A stretch of 64,000 nucleotides of DNA from an uncultured Verrucomicrobiae bacterium. GTDB lineage: Bacteria > Verrucomicrobiota > Verrucomicrobiia > Palsa-1439. Under the pieces are notes generated by a model. The model had not been told where the DNA came from, made no database searches, and worked only from the letters and a program-made list of their open reading frames with translations. Shown here piece by piece: positions 1 through 10,355 of the stretch. Made by a program: the position numbers and the translations under genes. The DNA lies in the NCBI GenBank assembly GCA_963812605.1, contig CAWEWF010000007.1:32001-96000 (forward strand), in the 5' to 3' direction. Every line of letters begins with the position of its first letter. Position 1 is the stretch's first letter.

Positions 1-279
1 ATCTGGGCGATCACGGTCGGTTCGAACATGGCAAAGGCCACCCCGCTGATGGGCGCGGGCGGGCCGTTCGCGGACTTCTTGCAAATTGGCGGCGTGCCGC
101 TGGTGCATCCGGGGGATGATGCGCGGTTCATGCTGATTGGCGCCAAGGAGCTTGGCGGCACCACATTGTTGCGATTTTACGTGTTGCACTGCGTCGGCAT
201 CCCGCTGATTGCGGCGGTGTTGATGGCGGTGCACTTTTGGCGCATCCGCAAGGATGGCGGCATCTCCGGGCCGCTCTAG
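1..279 (+). CDS. petB: Cytochrome b6-like subunit of a Rieske/cytochrome b complex (5'-truncated by window edge)
   Basis: Open frame from base 1; LLRFYVLH...HFWRIRKDGGISGPL is the cytochrome b6 C-terminus with heme-ligand His. Confidence 0.9.
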   Translation: MWAITVGSNMAKATPLMGAGGPFADFLQIGGVPLVHPGDDARFMLIGAKELGGTTLLRFYVLHCVGIPLIAAVLMAVHFWRIRKDGGISGPL

Positions 280-309
280 GCGCCAACAGGGAGGCAAGCA
301 GGGTTTTCA

Positions 310-1524
310 ATGGAACAAGCAGCGGCAAGTCATGGCGTTTTATTCGAGGCGTTCAAGGCGGTGGCCAATGTGCTGGCCACCCCGTGGCTGAGCTTTTCAC
401 TCACGACCATCGGGCTGTTGCTCCTGTTGCGCTTCCGCCGGTATGTCTTCAACTGGTGGATTGGCATCCTGGCCCTCGCGATCGAGGGCGGGGTGGTCAT
501 CTGGGGGATGAAGGACCCGAATTTTTTGCTCATCGTCGGCAAACCGGACAACGTGCCGATCACCGCGATGTTGTTCATCTCCACTTTCGTGCTCTGGCTC
601 GCCATGACGCAGGCCGTGAACAACGATCGGCGTGTGGAACAAAAACTGCCGCCGGACGAGAAAGAGACTTCCAACCAAAAAACCTGGGTCTGGCCCGACC
701 TGCTTTACATCGAGTTCATCGCGTTGATCATCTGCTCCATCGTCCTGATCCTTTGGGCGATTTACCTGCGCGCGCCGCTCGAGCAGCCCGCCAATCCCGC
801 CGCCACGCCCAATCCATCGAAGGCGCCATGGTACTTCCTCGGGTTGCAGGAAATGCTCGTGTACTACGATCCGTGGTACGCGGGCGTGGTGTTGCCGAGC
901 ATCATCGTCGTCGGGCTGATGGCGATTCCGTACATTGACGTTAACCCGAAAGGCAGCGGCTACTTCACGTTCACGGAACGAAAGTTCTCAATCGGGATAT
1001 TTTTGTTCGGTTACCTGGCGCTGTGGGTCTTCATGATCATCACCGGGACCTTCCTGCGCGGCCCGGGCTGGAATTTCTTCGGGCCGTTTGAGTACTGGGA
1101 CCCGCACAAAATCGTCGCGCTCAACAACGTGAACCTTTCCGACTATGTCTGGGTGAAATGGTTCCAATGGATTTACCAGAAGACGCACATCGAGTGGTTT
1201 AACCAGGGTCTGCCGCAGGTGCGGAATGCGATCCCGCAATTGCTTCCGCCGGATCCCACATCGATTCGCTTGTTCCTGGTGGAGGTCGGTCACGCCATCA
1301 AGCGCGAATTCGCCGGCATCCTCTTCTTGGCGTTCTATTTCCTCGCCCTGCCCGGTATCCTGGCCAAGACGATTTTGAAAAAGTTTTATGAGGAATTGGA
1401 TTTTGCGCGCTACAGCGTGTTGGTGATGTTGTTCCTCACAATGTTCACCTTGCCGTTGAAGATGGTCCTGCGCTGGACGATGACGCTGAAATATTTCGTG
1501 GACACCCCGTGGATCAAGTTCTGA
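310..1524 (+). CDS. petD: Cytochrome b6 subunit IV-like protein with extra membrane helices
   Basis: WVWPDLL...APLEQPANPAATPNPSKAPWYFLGLQE (PEWY-equivalent APWY); directly follows petB. Confidence 0.85.
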   Translation: MEQAAASHGVLFEAFKAVANVLATPWLSFSLTTIGLLLLLRFRRYVFNWWIGILALAIEGGVVIWGMKDPNFLLIVGKPDNVPITAMLFISTFVLWLAMTQAVNNDRRVEQKLPPDEKETSNQKTWVWPDLLYIEFIALIICSIVLILWAIYLRAPLEQPANPAATPNPSKAPWYFLGLQEMLVYYDPWYAGVVLPSIIVVGLMAIPYIDVNPKGSGYFTFTERKFSIGIFLFGYLALWVFMIITGTFLRGPGWNFFGPFEYWDPHKIVALNNVNLSDYVWVKWFQWIYQKTHIEWFNQGLPQVRNAIPQLLPPDPTSIRLFLVEVGHAIKREFAGILFLAFYFLALPGILAKTILKKFYEELDFARYSVLVMLFLTMFTLPLKMVLRWTMTLKYFVDTPWIKF

Positions 1525-1528
1525 GGCG

Positions 1529-4500
1529 ATGAGAAACCAACCCGAGACGCTCCACGAATACAATATCCCGCGCCTGAACTGGTGGTTCCTGCTCAGCGGC
1601 CTCGTGTTCCTCTTGAGCCTCGTGCTGATGATTTGGGTCGATTATTCCGGCGGCTATATTCCCTGGCTTGCTCTGCATGGCGATCGTGAGTGGAAAAACT
1701 ACCAACATCAATTCTACGCACTCGATATGAAGCGCCTGGCGGCCGACGCCAAGGCCGCCGAACTCAAGGCCAACGAGGCGGGCCTGTCCAAGATGCAGGA
1801 AGACCTGGATAAAACGAAGCAAGAGTTGGAGGGGAAAAAGCCCGAGGAGGCGAAATTGCAGGCTGCCGTGGATCAAGCGCGGGTGGAAGATGACCTGATC
1901 ACGCGCCAGTTCACCATGGAAAAGGCGGTGCGCGACCAGTACCGGTCCTTGTACGAAGAAGCGCTCGAGGCCAACAACATGAATCAGGACTCACCAGTGG
2001 TCCGTGATGCAAGGGACAAAGCCGAGTCGCAAAACGAACTCGTGAACCGGCTCGATCTTCGCAAACAGGATGCCGACGCCCGGCTCCAGGCCGCGAAAGA
2101 CAATCAGGCCGCGCTGATGGGTCACGAAGTAGAGTTGCAACACAGCATCAAGCGGATGGACGACGGTATCAAGCTTCTGACCACTCGGTACAAGCAACTC
2201 GATAGCGCGCTCGTCCAGGACGTAGTCAATGCGCCCGTCATCGAATTCGCCGCCGGGACCATCAAGGTCGAGCAGATCATCGCCGACAATCATCACACCG
2301 ATGTGAACTTCGCGACAGTCCCGCGCGTGGATCGTTGCATCATGTGCCACAAGGGCATCGACCGGAAGGACCCGACACCCGAAGACCGCGCCTGGCGTGC
2401 CAAGCACAAGATCGAGTTCATTGAGTGGTCGAAGCAGCCACAGCCGCTCCGCAACCATCCGCAAATGGATTTGTTCGTCGGCGACACCTCGCCGCACCCG
2501 GCCAGCACCTATGGTTGCACCGTTTGCCATTGGGGTTGGGACCGCGAAACAACGTTTACGCGCACCGGCCATACACCGGATGCCGAAGAGAAGCAGCCGT
2601 ACATTTTTGATGCTTCGACGAAACAGTGGGTGAACGTTCCGAAGAGTGAGGATGACGATGATGACGATGCGAAGGCGCAGAAGGTGTCGTTGCAAAAAAC
2701 CAATGTCGTCGAAATGACCCAGAAAGTTGCGTGGCAGAAGAATCACAACTGGGAAGAGGAAGAGTTCCTCATGCAGCCGATGCGCGCTGCCAGGTATGTC
2801 CAGGCCAGTTGCTTGAAATGCCACAATAACCAAACCAATCTGAAGGGCGGCGAGAAACTGGACCATGGTCGCCGTCTCATCGAGCAGTTGGGTTGCTGGT
2901 CGTGCCATAAGATGAAGCAATTGGAGACGTACACAACCCATCACGTGGCCGCCGGCGAGGATTTTGACAGTCTTTGCAAATTCTACGACGTAAATGCCGA
3001 CGATGTGCGCCGGCTGAACAGTTTCCCGGAGGAAGTTTCGCTGACGATTGGGCAGGAAGTGAACATCCCAATCCGCACGCTGCGCAAGCCGGGCCCGAGC
3101 CTGTACAAGGTGGCCAGTAAGACGAACAAGGAGTGGATGCGCAAGTGGCTCGCCAATCCGGTGGCTTTCCGCCCGAACACCTACATGCCGCGCTTCTGGG
3201 GACTCGACAATAACGCGGGCACGCCCGACCGCAATGCCGTCGAAATCAATGCAATCGCGGAATATCTTTTCGCCGTAAGCCAAGCGCGGCGCAAGGCACG
3301 AATGCACAGGGCAGCAATATGCTCGTCAATGACGGGGGCATTACGTGGGCAAATTCTCTGCCCAGTTCCGTATATCCCGCGCCGGTCCAGGGCGACGCCG
3401 ACAACGGCAAGAAGCTCCTCGGCCAACTCGGTTGCATGGGATGCCACGTCGTCGATGAGAAGTTGATGGACATCAAGGTGCCCGCGTCGCTCAAGCAATA
3501 CATGGACGACTGGCAATACCGGCGGTTGCGCTCGCAAGGGCCGCAATTGGCAGGCGTGGGCAGCAAGACCGGGGTCAACTGGCTCTTCGCGTGGCTGAAG
3601 GATCCGAAGCAGTATCATCCGAGGACGAAGATGCCGAACCTGCGATTGAGCGACCAGGAAGCGGCGGATGTCGCGACGTACCTTGCCAGTCTTCACAACG
3701 AGAAGACCGACCAGGAAACGTTGCCCGAGACCAAGGCGGATCTTCTCGATAAGGAAACCGTCGAGTACCTCCAGGTGACGCTGCCGATGGAAGAAGCGCG
3801 GCAAAAGATCAACAACCTCGACGACCTGATCGAGATGTATTTCGTCGACGAAGAGACGATGAAGTACTACCAGGACCCCGCGCGGCTCGCCCGCGAAGAA
3901 GCCCAGCTCAAGGCCCTGCAGAAAGAATTTGAGGAGACGTTCGACGACGCCGTGGACCGCAAAGCGAAGAGGTTGGCCGCGCAGATCGAGCAGGTAAAGG
4001 CGAAAATGCAGGCGGCGAAGCAGACGGTCGCCGCGATGCAGTTCACCGACAAGAAGAATGTGTACCTGGGCAGCAAATTGATTTCGCGTTACGGTTGCTA
4101 TGCCTGCCACGACATCCATGGATTCGAAACCGCCAAGCCCATCGGCACCGAATTAAGTGAGTGGGGCAGCAAGCCGGTCGATAAACTGGATTTCGGCCTG
4201 GTGGACATCGAGAAGGCCCGCCTCCCGTGGTTGAAGCAGAAACTCCATGCGCCGCGCTCGTTTGACAACGGGCGCATCAACGTCACGCGCATGCCGCAGG
4301 AGTTGCTGAAGATGCCGAAGTTCAACCTGACCGACGAACAGATCGACCAGATCGTCACCGTCATCTCGGGCATGACCGACGAGAAATTGACGCCGAACGA
4401 GGCGCGGCAATTGACGCCCGCGGAATTCCAGATCGAGCGCGGCCGCTGGACGGTGAAGGAATTGAACTGCATCGGCTGTCACATCGTGGAAGCGCAAGGC

Positions 4501-5163
4501 GGCGCGGTTCGCGCGACGGGCCTGCCGACGGGGATGGAGCCGCCGCTATTGAGCGGCACGCCAACACAATTGCACCAGGGGCAACGCACCCAGCCCGATT
4601 GGCTGTTCCAATTCATCAAGGCGCCGCAAACCGGCCAGATTCGCCCGTGGCTGCATGTGCGGATGCCGACCTTTGGATTGACCGATGGCGAAGCCAACGT
4701 GCTCGTGAAGTATTTCGCGCTGCAAGGCGAGGCGCAATTCCCGTATCAATCGCCGAAGATTGACATGTCGCCAGAGCACCTGGCCGCCGGCAAGCAGTTG
4801 TTCGAGCAATTGAAGTGCGCGTTGTGTCATATCGTCGACGGCAAGGCGCTGGGCAAACCACTTTCGGAGATCGCCGAGGAAGATATGCCGCGTTTGGCGC
4901 CCAATCTTTCGCAGGCGCACCTGCGTCTGCAGCGCGACTGGCTGGTGAACAAATGGCTCGTGGAGCCATTGGCGCAACAGCCGGGGACGCGCATGCCGCA
5001 GTTCGAATACGGTACGGCCGTCGCGCCGAACATCCTCGGCGGCGATGGACGCAAACAAATCGAAGCGCTGGTGGATTACGTGCTGACATTGGGCACGCAC
5101 GAGCAAGTTGCGGAAGCAGCGCCGCCCCCCGCGCCGGTGGCGGCGCCGCCAGCACAACCGTAA
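1529..5163 (+). CDS. Large membrane-anchored octaheme cytochrome c with coiled coils and an internal LysM domain; frameshift near 3280 joins ORFs 1529-3466 and 3319-5163
   Basis: N-terminal TM; 8 CxxCH (CIMCH, CTVCH, CLKCH, CWSCH, CMGCH, CYACH, CIGCH, CALCH); last five followed by class-I GPxL..WL..P..MP-like patterns; the second frame is open upstream of 3319. Confidence 0.85.
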
Positions 5164-5283
5164 CGTGAATTTTCGTGTACAACGGAAGCGTCTTAAGGGG
5201 TAGCGACAAAACGAATCAACTTTGGCCTTGAAAAAGGTTGGTTCCGATAGAAAACTGGTCAATTATCGACTGAAGGAGAAATC

Positions 5284-6012
5284 ATGAGAGTATCCAAAGT
5301 TTTGAAAGTGGCAATGGCGGTGCTGTTGACGGGAGCGACCTGCTATGCGGCAGATACCGCGTCAATATCCGGCAAGGCGATTCTGGACGGCACGCCTCCG
5401 AAACCCAAGAAGATCAAGAATCTGGAAGGCACCGATCCCAAGTGCGCCGAGATGCATGCCGATAACCCCCTGATGAGCGAAGAGGTGGTTGCGAGTGCGG
5501 ACGGCGCGCTGAAAAATGTATTCGTTTATGTGAAAAGCGGCCTCGGGGACAAGACGTTTGATGTGCCCAAGGATCCGGTCACAATCACGCAGACGGGTTG
5601 CCATTACGTCCCTCACGTATTCGGCATGATGGCCAAGCAACCGCTGAAGATCGTCAACGACGATGACACGCTGCATAACATCCACGCCATGCCCAACAAT
5701 CCCGATAACAAGGAGTTCAACAAGGGACAGCCGAATAAAGGCATGGTGTCCACGGTTACCTTCGCTGTTCCGGAGGTCATGGTGCACTTCAAGTGCGATG
5801 TGCATCCCTGGATGTCGGCGTACGTGGGCGTGCTGAACAATCCCTTCTACAGTGTGAGCAGCGATGACGGCACGTTCTCGCTGAAGGGTCTACCGGCGGG
5901 TGAGTATACAATCGCCGCCTGGCATGAGAAGTACGGCGAACAGGTCCAAAAGGTCAAAATCGGCGACGGCGAAACCAAGACCGTCGAATTCAAGTTTAAG
6001 CCGGCCGAATAA
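5284..6012 (+). CDS. Secreted cupredoxin-like / carboxypeptidase-regulatory-like domain protein
   Basis: SD AAGGAG; signal peptide; HNIH and CDVHPWM motifs; C-terminal DGTFSLKGLPAGEYTIAAWHE beta-sandwich. Confidence 0.8.
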   Translation: MRVSKVLKVAMAVLLTGATCYAADTASISGKAILDGTPPKPKKIKNLEGTDPKCAEMHADNPLMSEEVVASADGALKNVFVYVKSGLGDKTFDVPKDPVTITQTGCHYVPHVFGMMAKQPLKIVNDDDTLHNIHAMPNNPDNKEFNKGQPNKGMVSTVTFAVPEVMVHFKCDVHPWMSAYVGVLNNPFYSVSSDDGTFSLKGLPAGEYTIAAWHEKYGEQVQKVKIGDGETKTVEFKFKPAE

Positions 6013-6035
6013 AGCGGGTCTGGTGCGGCAGTTTT

Positions 6036-6088
6036 CCGTTGCGGGCGTTGTTGGAGTCACCCACGGCGCCCGCAAACGGTTTGTTTTT
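6036..6088 (+). terminator. GC-rich hairpin plus T-tract upstream of oxidase subunit I
   Basis: CCGTTGCGGGCG...CGCCCGCAAACGG followed by TTTGTTTTT. Confidence 0.5.
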
Positions 6089-6105
6089 GAAGGGGACGCG
6101 GATCA

Positions 6106-7908
6106 ATGACAGAAGCGCAGCATCACGAAGAGCATCACGATAAGTTGCCGTTTTGGCGGCACTACATTTTCTCGACCGATCATAAGATGATCGGCATGCA
6201 GTACGGCCTGACCGCGCTGGTGTTTTTGCTTTTCGGCTTTTGCCTGATGCTGCTGATGCGCTGGCAACTGGCCTATCCCGGCCAGCCGCTGCCGATTGCC
6301 TTTTTGGCAAAGCTGCTTGGAGAATCCCGCATGCCCGGCGGGGTGATGGCGCCGGAGTTTTACAACCAGCTCGGCGCGATGCACGGCACGATCATGGTCT
6401 TTCTCGGCGTCGTGCCGCTGGCGGTGGGCGCGTTCGGGAATTATCTGGTGCCCCTGCAAATCGGCGCGCAGGACATGGCGTTCCCCAAGCTCAACATGTC
6501 CAGCTACTGGGTGTATTTTATCGGCGGCGTGGTCATGTTTGGCAGTTTCTTCGTGTCCGGCGGCTCGGCCCAGTCCGGTTGGACTTCATATCCGCCGCTT
6601 TCGGATGTTACCCCTCTTAGCCATTCGCTATTCACGGGCCAGTCCCTGTGGCTAACGGGCATGGTGTTCCTGATTACTTCGTCGCTTCTGGGTTCGGTCA
6701 ACACTATCACCACCATCATCCAGTTGCGGGCGAAGGGCCTGACGTGGATGCGGCTGCCATTTTTTGTGTGGGCGCAATTGGTCACGGGTTTCCTGCTGCT
6801 CCTCGCATTCCCGGCGCTGGAAGCCGCGGGTGTGATGCAATTGATGGATCGCATGGCGGGCACGAGCTTTTTCCTGCCCACCGGCCTGGTGATCAGCGGC
6901 AGGCCCCTCAACGTGAGCGGCGGCGGCAGCGCGTTGCTCTGGCAGCACCTCTTCTGGTTTCTGGCGCATCCCGAAGTGTACGTCTTAATCCTGCCCGCCA
7001 TGGGGATCGTCGCCGAGATCATCGCCAACAACACTCGCAAACCGCTGTGGGGCTACAAATCCCTGGTGTATTCGGTGGTTTTCCTCGGGTTCATGTCCTT
7101 CGTCGTCTGGGCCCATCACATGTTCCTGACGGGCATGGGCACGGCCATCAACGCCTTCTTCCAGACGACCACGATGATCATCTCCATCCCGTCGATCGTC
7201 ATCCTGACGGCGCTGATCCTCTCCCTGTGGGGCGGTTCCATCCGGTTCAACGTGCCGATGTTGTTCGCCCTCGCGTTCCTGCCGATGTTCGGCATTGGCG
7301 GCCTGACGGGCCTGCCGCTCGGGCTGGCGAGCGCGGATATTCATCTGCACGACACCTATTACGTCATTGGCCATTTCCACTACGTGGTCGCGCCGGGGAC
7401 GCTCTTCGCGCTCTTTGCGGGCATTTATTACTGGTTCCCGAAGGTCAGCGGCAAACAGATGAATGAGTTCCTCGGCAAATTCCATTTCTGGGGCTCGCTC
7501 ATCTTTATGAACGGCATCTTCATGCCGATGTTCATCGTTGGCATGGCAGGTGTGTCGCGCCGTCTATACGACGGCGGCAGCTCTTATCTCCACGCTCAGA
7601 ACATTCTTTTCCTGAACAAGGTCATGTCGCACTCGGCGTGGGGCCTGGCAGTCATTCAACTTTTCTTCATCGTGAACTTCTTCTGGAGTCTTTTTGCCGG
7701 ACGGAAGGTGACCAACGACAATCCGTGGGAGGCCACGACCCTCGAATGGGCCACCCCGACTCCGCCGCCACACGGGAATTTCCTCACGGTCCCCGAAGTC
7801 TTCCGCGGACCCTACGAGTACAGCGTGCCCGGTGAGGAAAGGGATTTTCTCCCGCAGAATGAACCCGACAAGAAGCCGGACGACCCGAATAACCGAGGAA
7901 AGAAATAG
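6106..7908 (+). CDS. ctaD: Cytochrome c oxidase subunit I (A-type)
   Basis: STDHK, MHG, HLFWFLAHPEVY, VWAHHM, HDTYYVIGHFHY, RR motifs. Confidence 0.97.
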   Translation: MTEAQHHEEHHDKLPFWRHYIFSTDHKMIGMQYGLTALVFLLFGFCLMLLMRWQLAYPGQPLPIAFLAKLLGESRMPGGVMAPEFYNQLGAMHGTIMVFLGVVPLAVGAFGNYLVPLQIGAQDMAFPKLNMSSYWVYFIGGVVMFGSFFVSGGSAQSGWTSYPPLSDVTPLSHSLFTGQSLWLTGMVFLITSSLLGSVNTITTIIQLRAKGLTWMRLPFFVWAQLVTGFLLLLAFPALEAAGVMQLMDRMAGTSFFLPTGLVISGRPLNVSGGGSALLWQHLFWFLAHPEVYVLILPAMGIVAEIIANNTRKPLWGYKSLVYSVVFLGFMSFVVWAHHMFLTGMGTAINAFFQTTTMIISIPSIVILTALILSLWGGSIRFNVPMLFALAFLPMFGIGGLTGLPLGLASADIHLHDTYYVIGHFHYVVAPGTLFALFAGIYYWFPKVSGKQMNEFLGKFHFWGSLIFMNGIFMPMFIVGMAGVSRRLYDGGSSYLHAQNILFLNKVMSHSAWGLAVIQLFFIVNFFWSLFAGRKVTNDNPWEATTLEWATPTPPPHGNFLTVPEVFRGPYEYSVPGEERDFLPQNEPDKKPDDPNNRGKK

Positions 7909-8523
7909 ATGTCTACTGCCATTGAGATTCCTTATAACTCGACCGAGCGACCGGATACCGGCCTCTACAACGCCAAGCTGGGCATCTGGCTCTTTCTCGC
8001 CTCGGAAGTGATGCTGTTCGGCGCGTTATTCTCGACGTATGTGCTGCTGCGCACCGGCGCGGAAACGTGGGAAAACGGCGCCAAAATCGGCCTGAATATT
8101 CCCCTGGCCACCATCAATACGCTGGTGCTGATCATCTCCAGCGTGACGATGGTCATGAGTTGGGCCTCCCTCAAGATGAAAAACCTGGGCCGGTATAAAC
8201 TCTTCATGGGCGTGACGATCCTTTGCGGCGTGGTCTTTCTGGTCATCAAGGGTTTTGAGTACGCGCATAAATTCGAGCACGGGATCTGGCCCGCGACGAG
8301 CACCTTCATGGCAATCTACTTTACGATGACCGGACTGCACGGATTGCACGTCATTGGAGGGATGATTGTCAATTCCTACCTCTGGGGACCCGGCACCAAG
8401 ATGTGGCAGACCGACCCCGAGCGCTTCACCAATCGCATCGAAGTCGCCGGCCTGTACTGGCACTTCGTCGACCTCGTATGGATTTTCCTGTTTCCCGTGC
8501 TTTACCTTTTGCCGGGGAAATAA
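7909..8523 (+). CDS. ctaE: Cytochrome c oxidase subunit III
   Basis: WLFLASEVMLF, TGLHGLHV, LYWHFVDLVWIFLF. Confidence 0.95.
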   Translation: MSTAIEIPYNSTERPDTGLYNAKLGIWLFLASEVMLFGALFSTYVLLRTGAETWENGAKIGLNIPLATINTLVLIISSVTMVMSWASLKMKNLGRYKLFMGVTILCGVVFLVIKGFEYAHKFEHGIWPATSTFMAIYFTMTGLHGLHVIGGMIVNSYLWGPGTKMWQTDPERFTNRIEVAGLYWHFVDLVWIFLFPVLYLLPGK

Positions 8524-8895
8524 ATGGATCGAGAACCCATGAGCGATACACATCACGAAAACGTTCAAAGTCACGTGAAGACCTACATTAGGGTCTTCGT
8601 TGCGCTGGCGGTTGGCACGGTTGTCACGGTGTTGGCCTCCTACACCCACTTGGGCATCATCCTCGGCATTGTCGTGGCGTTGATCATTGCTACAGTCAAA
8701 GGCTCGCTCGTGGCAGCTTTTTTCATGCACTTGTCTGCCGAGCGAAAAATGATCTACTGGGTGCTCGTGCTCACGGCGACATTTATTGTGGTGATGATCG
8801 GGTTGATCATGTTTGCCCGCGAGGACCAACAGGGACGCCAACAGGGGATTTTCGCCGTGCCGCAGCGACACGTGCCGGCGGCAACGGCGGAGTAA
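8524..8895 (+). CDS. ctaF: Cytochrome c oxidase subunit IV family protein
   Basis: Three TMs; K..LV..FFMHL motif; operon position. Confidence 0.85.
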   Translation: MDREPMSDTHHENVQSHVKTYIRVFVALAVGTVVTVLASYTHLGIILGIVVALIIATVKGSLVAAFFMHLSAERKMIYWVLVLTATFIVVMIGLIMFAREDQQGRQQGIFAVPQRHVPAATAE

Positions 8896-8897
8896 AC

Positions 8898-9098
8898 ATG
8901 TCACTGAAAACATTCCATATTATCTTCGTTACGATGGCCGTTTTGTTGTGCCTGGTTTTTGGCGGTTGGTGCCTCAGTTCGGATTACGCAAAGGGACGCA
9001 CGGGCTATGCGATTACCGGATACGTCTCCTTTGGCTTTGGCGTGTTGCTGGTGCTGTACGAGATCGTGTTTCTCAAGAGTTTGAAGGAGAAGAAATAG
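8898..9098 (+). CDS. Small two-TM membrane protein (66 aa)
   Basis: MSLKTFHIIF start, two hydrophobic helices, tightly packed in the operon. Confidence 0.7.
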   Translation: MSLKTFHIIFVTMAVLLCLVFGGWCLSSDYAKGRTGYAITGYVSFGFGVLLVLYEIVFLKSLKEKK

Positions 9099-9102
9099 GA
9101 CG

Positions 9103-9351
9103 ATGAACATCTTTTGCCGCGCCAGGAAATTGATGGTGCTCGCGCTGGTCGGCGCAATGGCTTTGGCGCCACGCCTGTTGCTGGCGTGCGCTGTCTGTTA
9201 CGGGGCGCCCGGAGCGCCGCAGACGCGTGGCATGAATTTCGGCGTTTTCACCATGCTGGGTGTCACGGGGGTGGTGCTGGGTGGTTTTGGCGGCCTGTTT
9301 TTTAGTTTCGCGCGACGGGCGCGCCGTCACAGCGCGGAATTGACGCCATAA
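9103..9351 (+). CDS. Small membrane protein with ACAVC motif
   Basis: Signal-like N-terminus, CxxC, one C-terminal TM; lies between ctaF and ctaC. Confidence 0.7.
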   Translation: MNIFCRARKLMVLALVGAMALAPRLLLACAVCYGAPGAPQTRGMNFGVFTMLGVTGVVLGGFGGLFFSFARRARRHSAELTP

Positions 9352-9376
9352 CGATTCAAGCGAAAAGGACTGAACC

Positions 9377-10324
9377 ATGTTGCAGAAGTTTTTAGGATTA
9401 CCGATCAACGCCTCCGAACAGGGGGCGCAGATGGACTGGCTGATTCTCTACGTACACATCCTGATGCTGGTCCTGTTCGTGGGCTGGATTATCTTTTTCT
9501 TCTATACGCTCTTTCGCTTCAGCAAGGGTCGCAACCCCAGGGCGGATTATACCGGCGTCAAGACGCACGCTTCTTCGTATCTGGAGGTGGCCATCGCCGC
9601 GATCGAAGTCGTCTTGTTGGTTGGCATCTCGATTCCCTTCTGGTCGTGGAAAGTCAGCGCGTTCCCGACCGAACCGAATACGGTGCACGTGCGCGTGGTC
9701 GCCCAGCAGTTCGCGTGGAACATCCACTATCCCGGTCCCGACGGCATTTTCGGCCACACGGACATCAAATTGGTCAACGAGGAGTCGAACCCCATCGGGC
9801 TCGATCGCAAAGGTGATCCGCACGCGAAGGACGACATCGTGACCCTGAACCAGCTTCATCTTCCCGTGAACCGCCCCGCGGTCATCGAGATCACGACCAA
9901 GGATGTGATCCACAGCTTTTTCCTGCCCGTCATGCGCGTGAAGCAGGACGCCATCCCGGGCATGCTGATTCCCATTCACTTTGTCCCGACCAAGACTTCC
10001 GATGAGATGCGCGAGGAATTGGCGATGACCCTCACGCTTCCCACAACGAAGAACCTGGATATTTACGTATCGATGGAAGAATACAAGGCGGCGGACGGCA
10101 CGGTCCTAGTGAAAAAGGGCCGTTCCATTAACGGCGAAACGGCCGCCAAGCTGGTGGCCAACGGCATTACCACGGTCCGTATCGCGCCGCACTACCCGGC
10201 GGAAATTGCCTGCGCCCAACTCTGCGGCCTGAGCCACTATCGCATGCGGGGTTACCTCACGATCGACAGCGAGAAGGATTACGCGGCGTGGTTGAAAGAC
10301 CAGGAGGATTCAATCGAGGAGTAG
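9377..10324 (+). CDS. ctaC: Cytochrome c oxidase subunit II (CuA), no fused cytochrome c
   Basis: Two TMs, AQQFAW, DVIHSF, VKQDAIPG, CAQLCGLSHYRM. Confidence 0.95.
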   Translation: MLQKFLGLPINASEQGAQMDWLILYVHILMLVLFVGWIIFFFYTLFRFSKGRNPRADYTGVKTHASSYLEVAIAAIEVVLLVGISIPFWSWKVSAFPTEPNTVHVRVVAQQFAWNIHYPGPDGIFGHTDIKLVNEESNPIGLDRKGDPHAKDDIVTLNQLHLPVNRPAVIEITTKDVIHSFFLPVMRVKQDAIPGMLIPIHFVPTKTSDEMREELAMTLTLPTTKNLDIYVSMEEYKAADGTVLVKKGRSINGETAAKLVANGITTVRIAPHYPAEIACAQLCGLSHYRMRGYLTIDSEKDYAAWLKDQEDSIEE

Positions 10325-10355
10325 CCCCGGCGACCCAGGGCTTGCGCTGATCGAG

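Noticed and set aside
2645-2670. GAT/GAC run encoding EDDDDDD
   Set aside because: Acidic loop with mixed codons, not a repeat element
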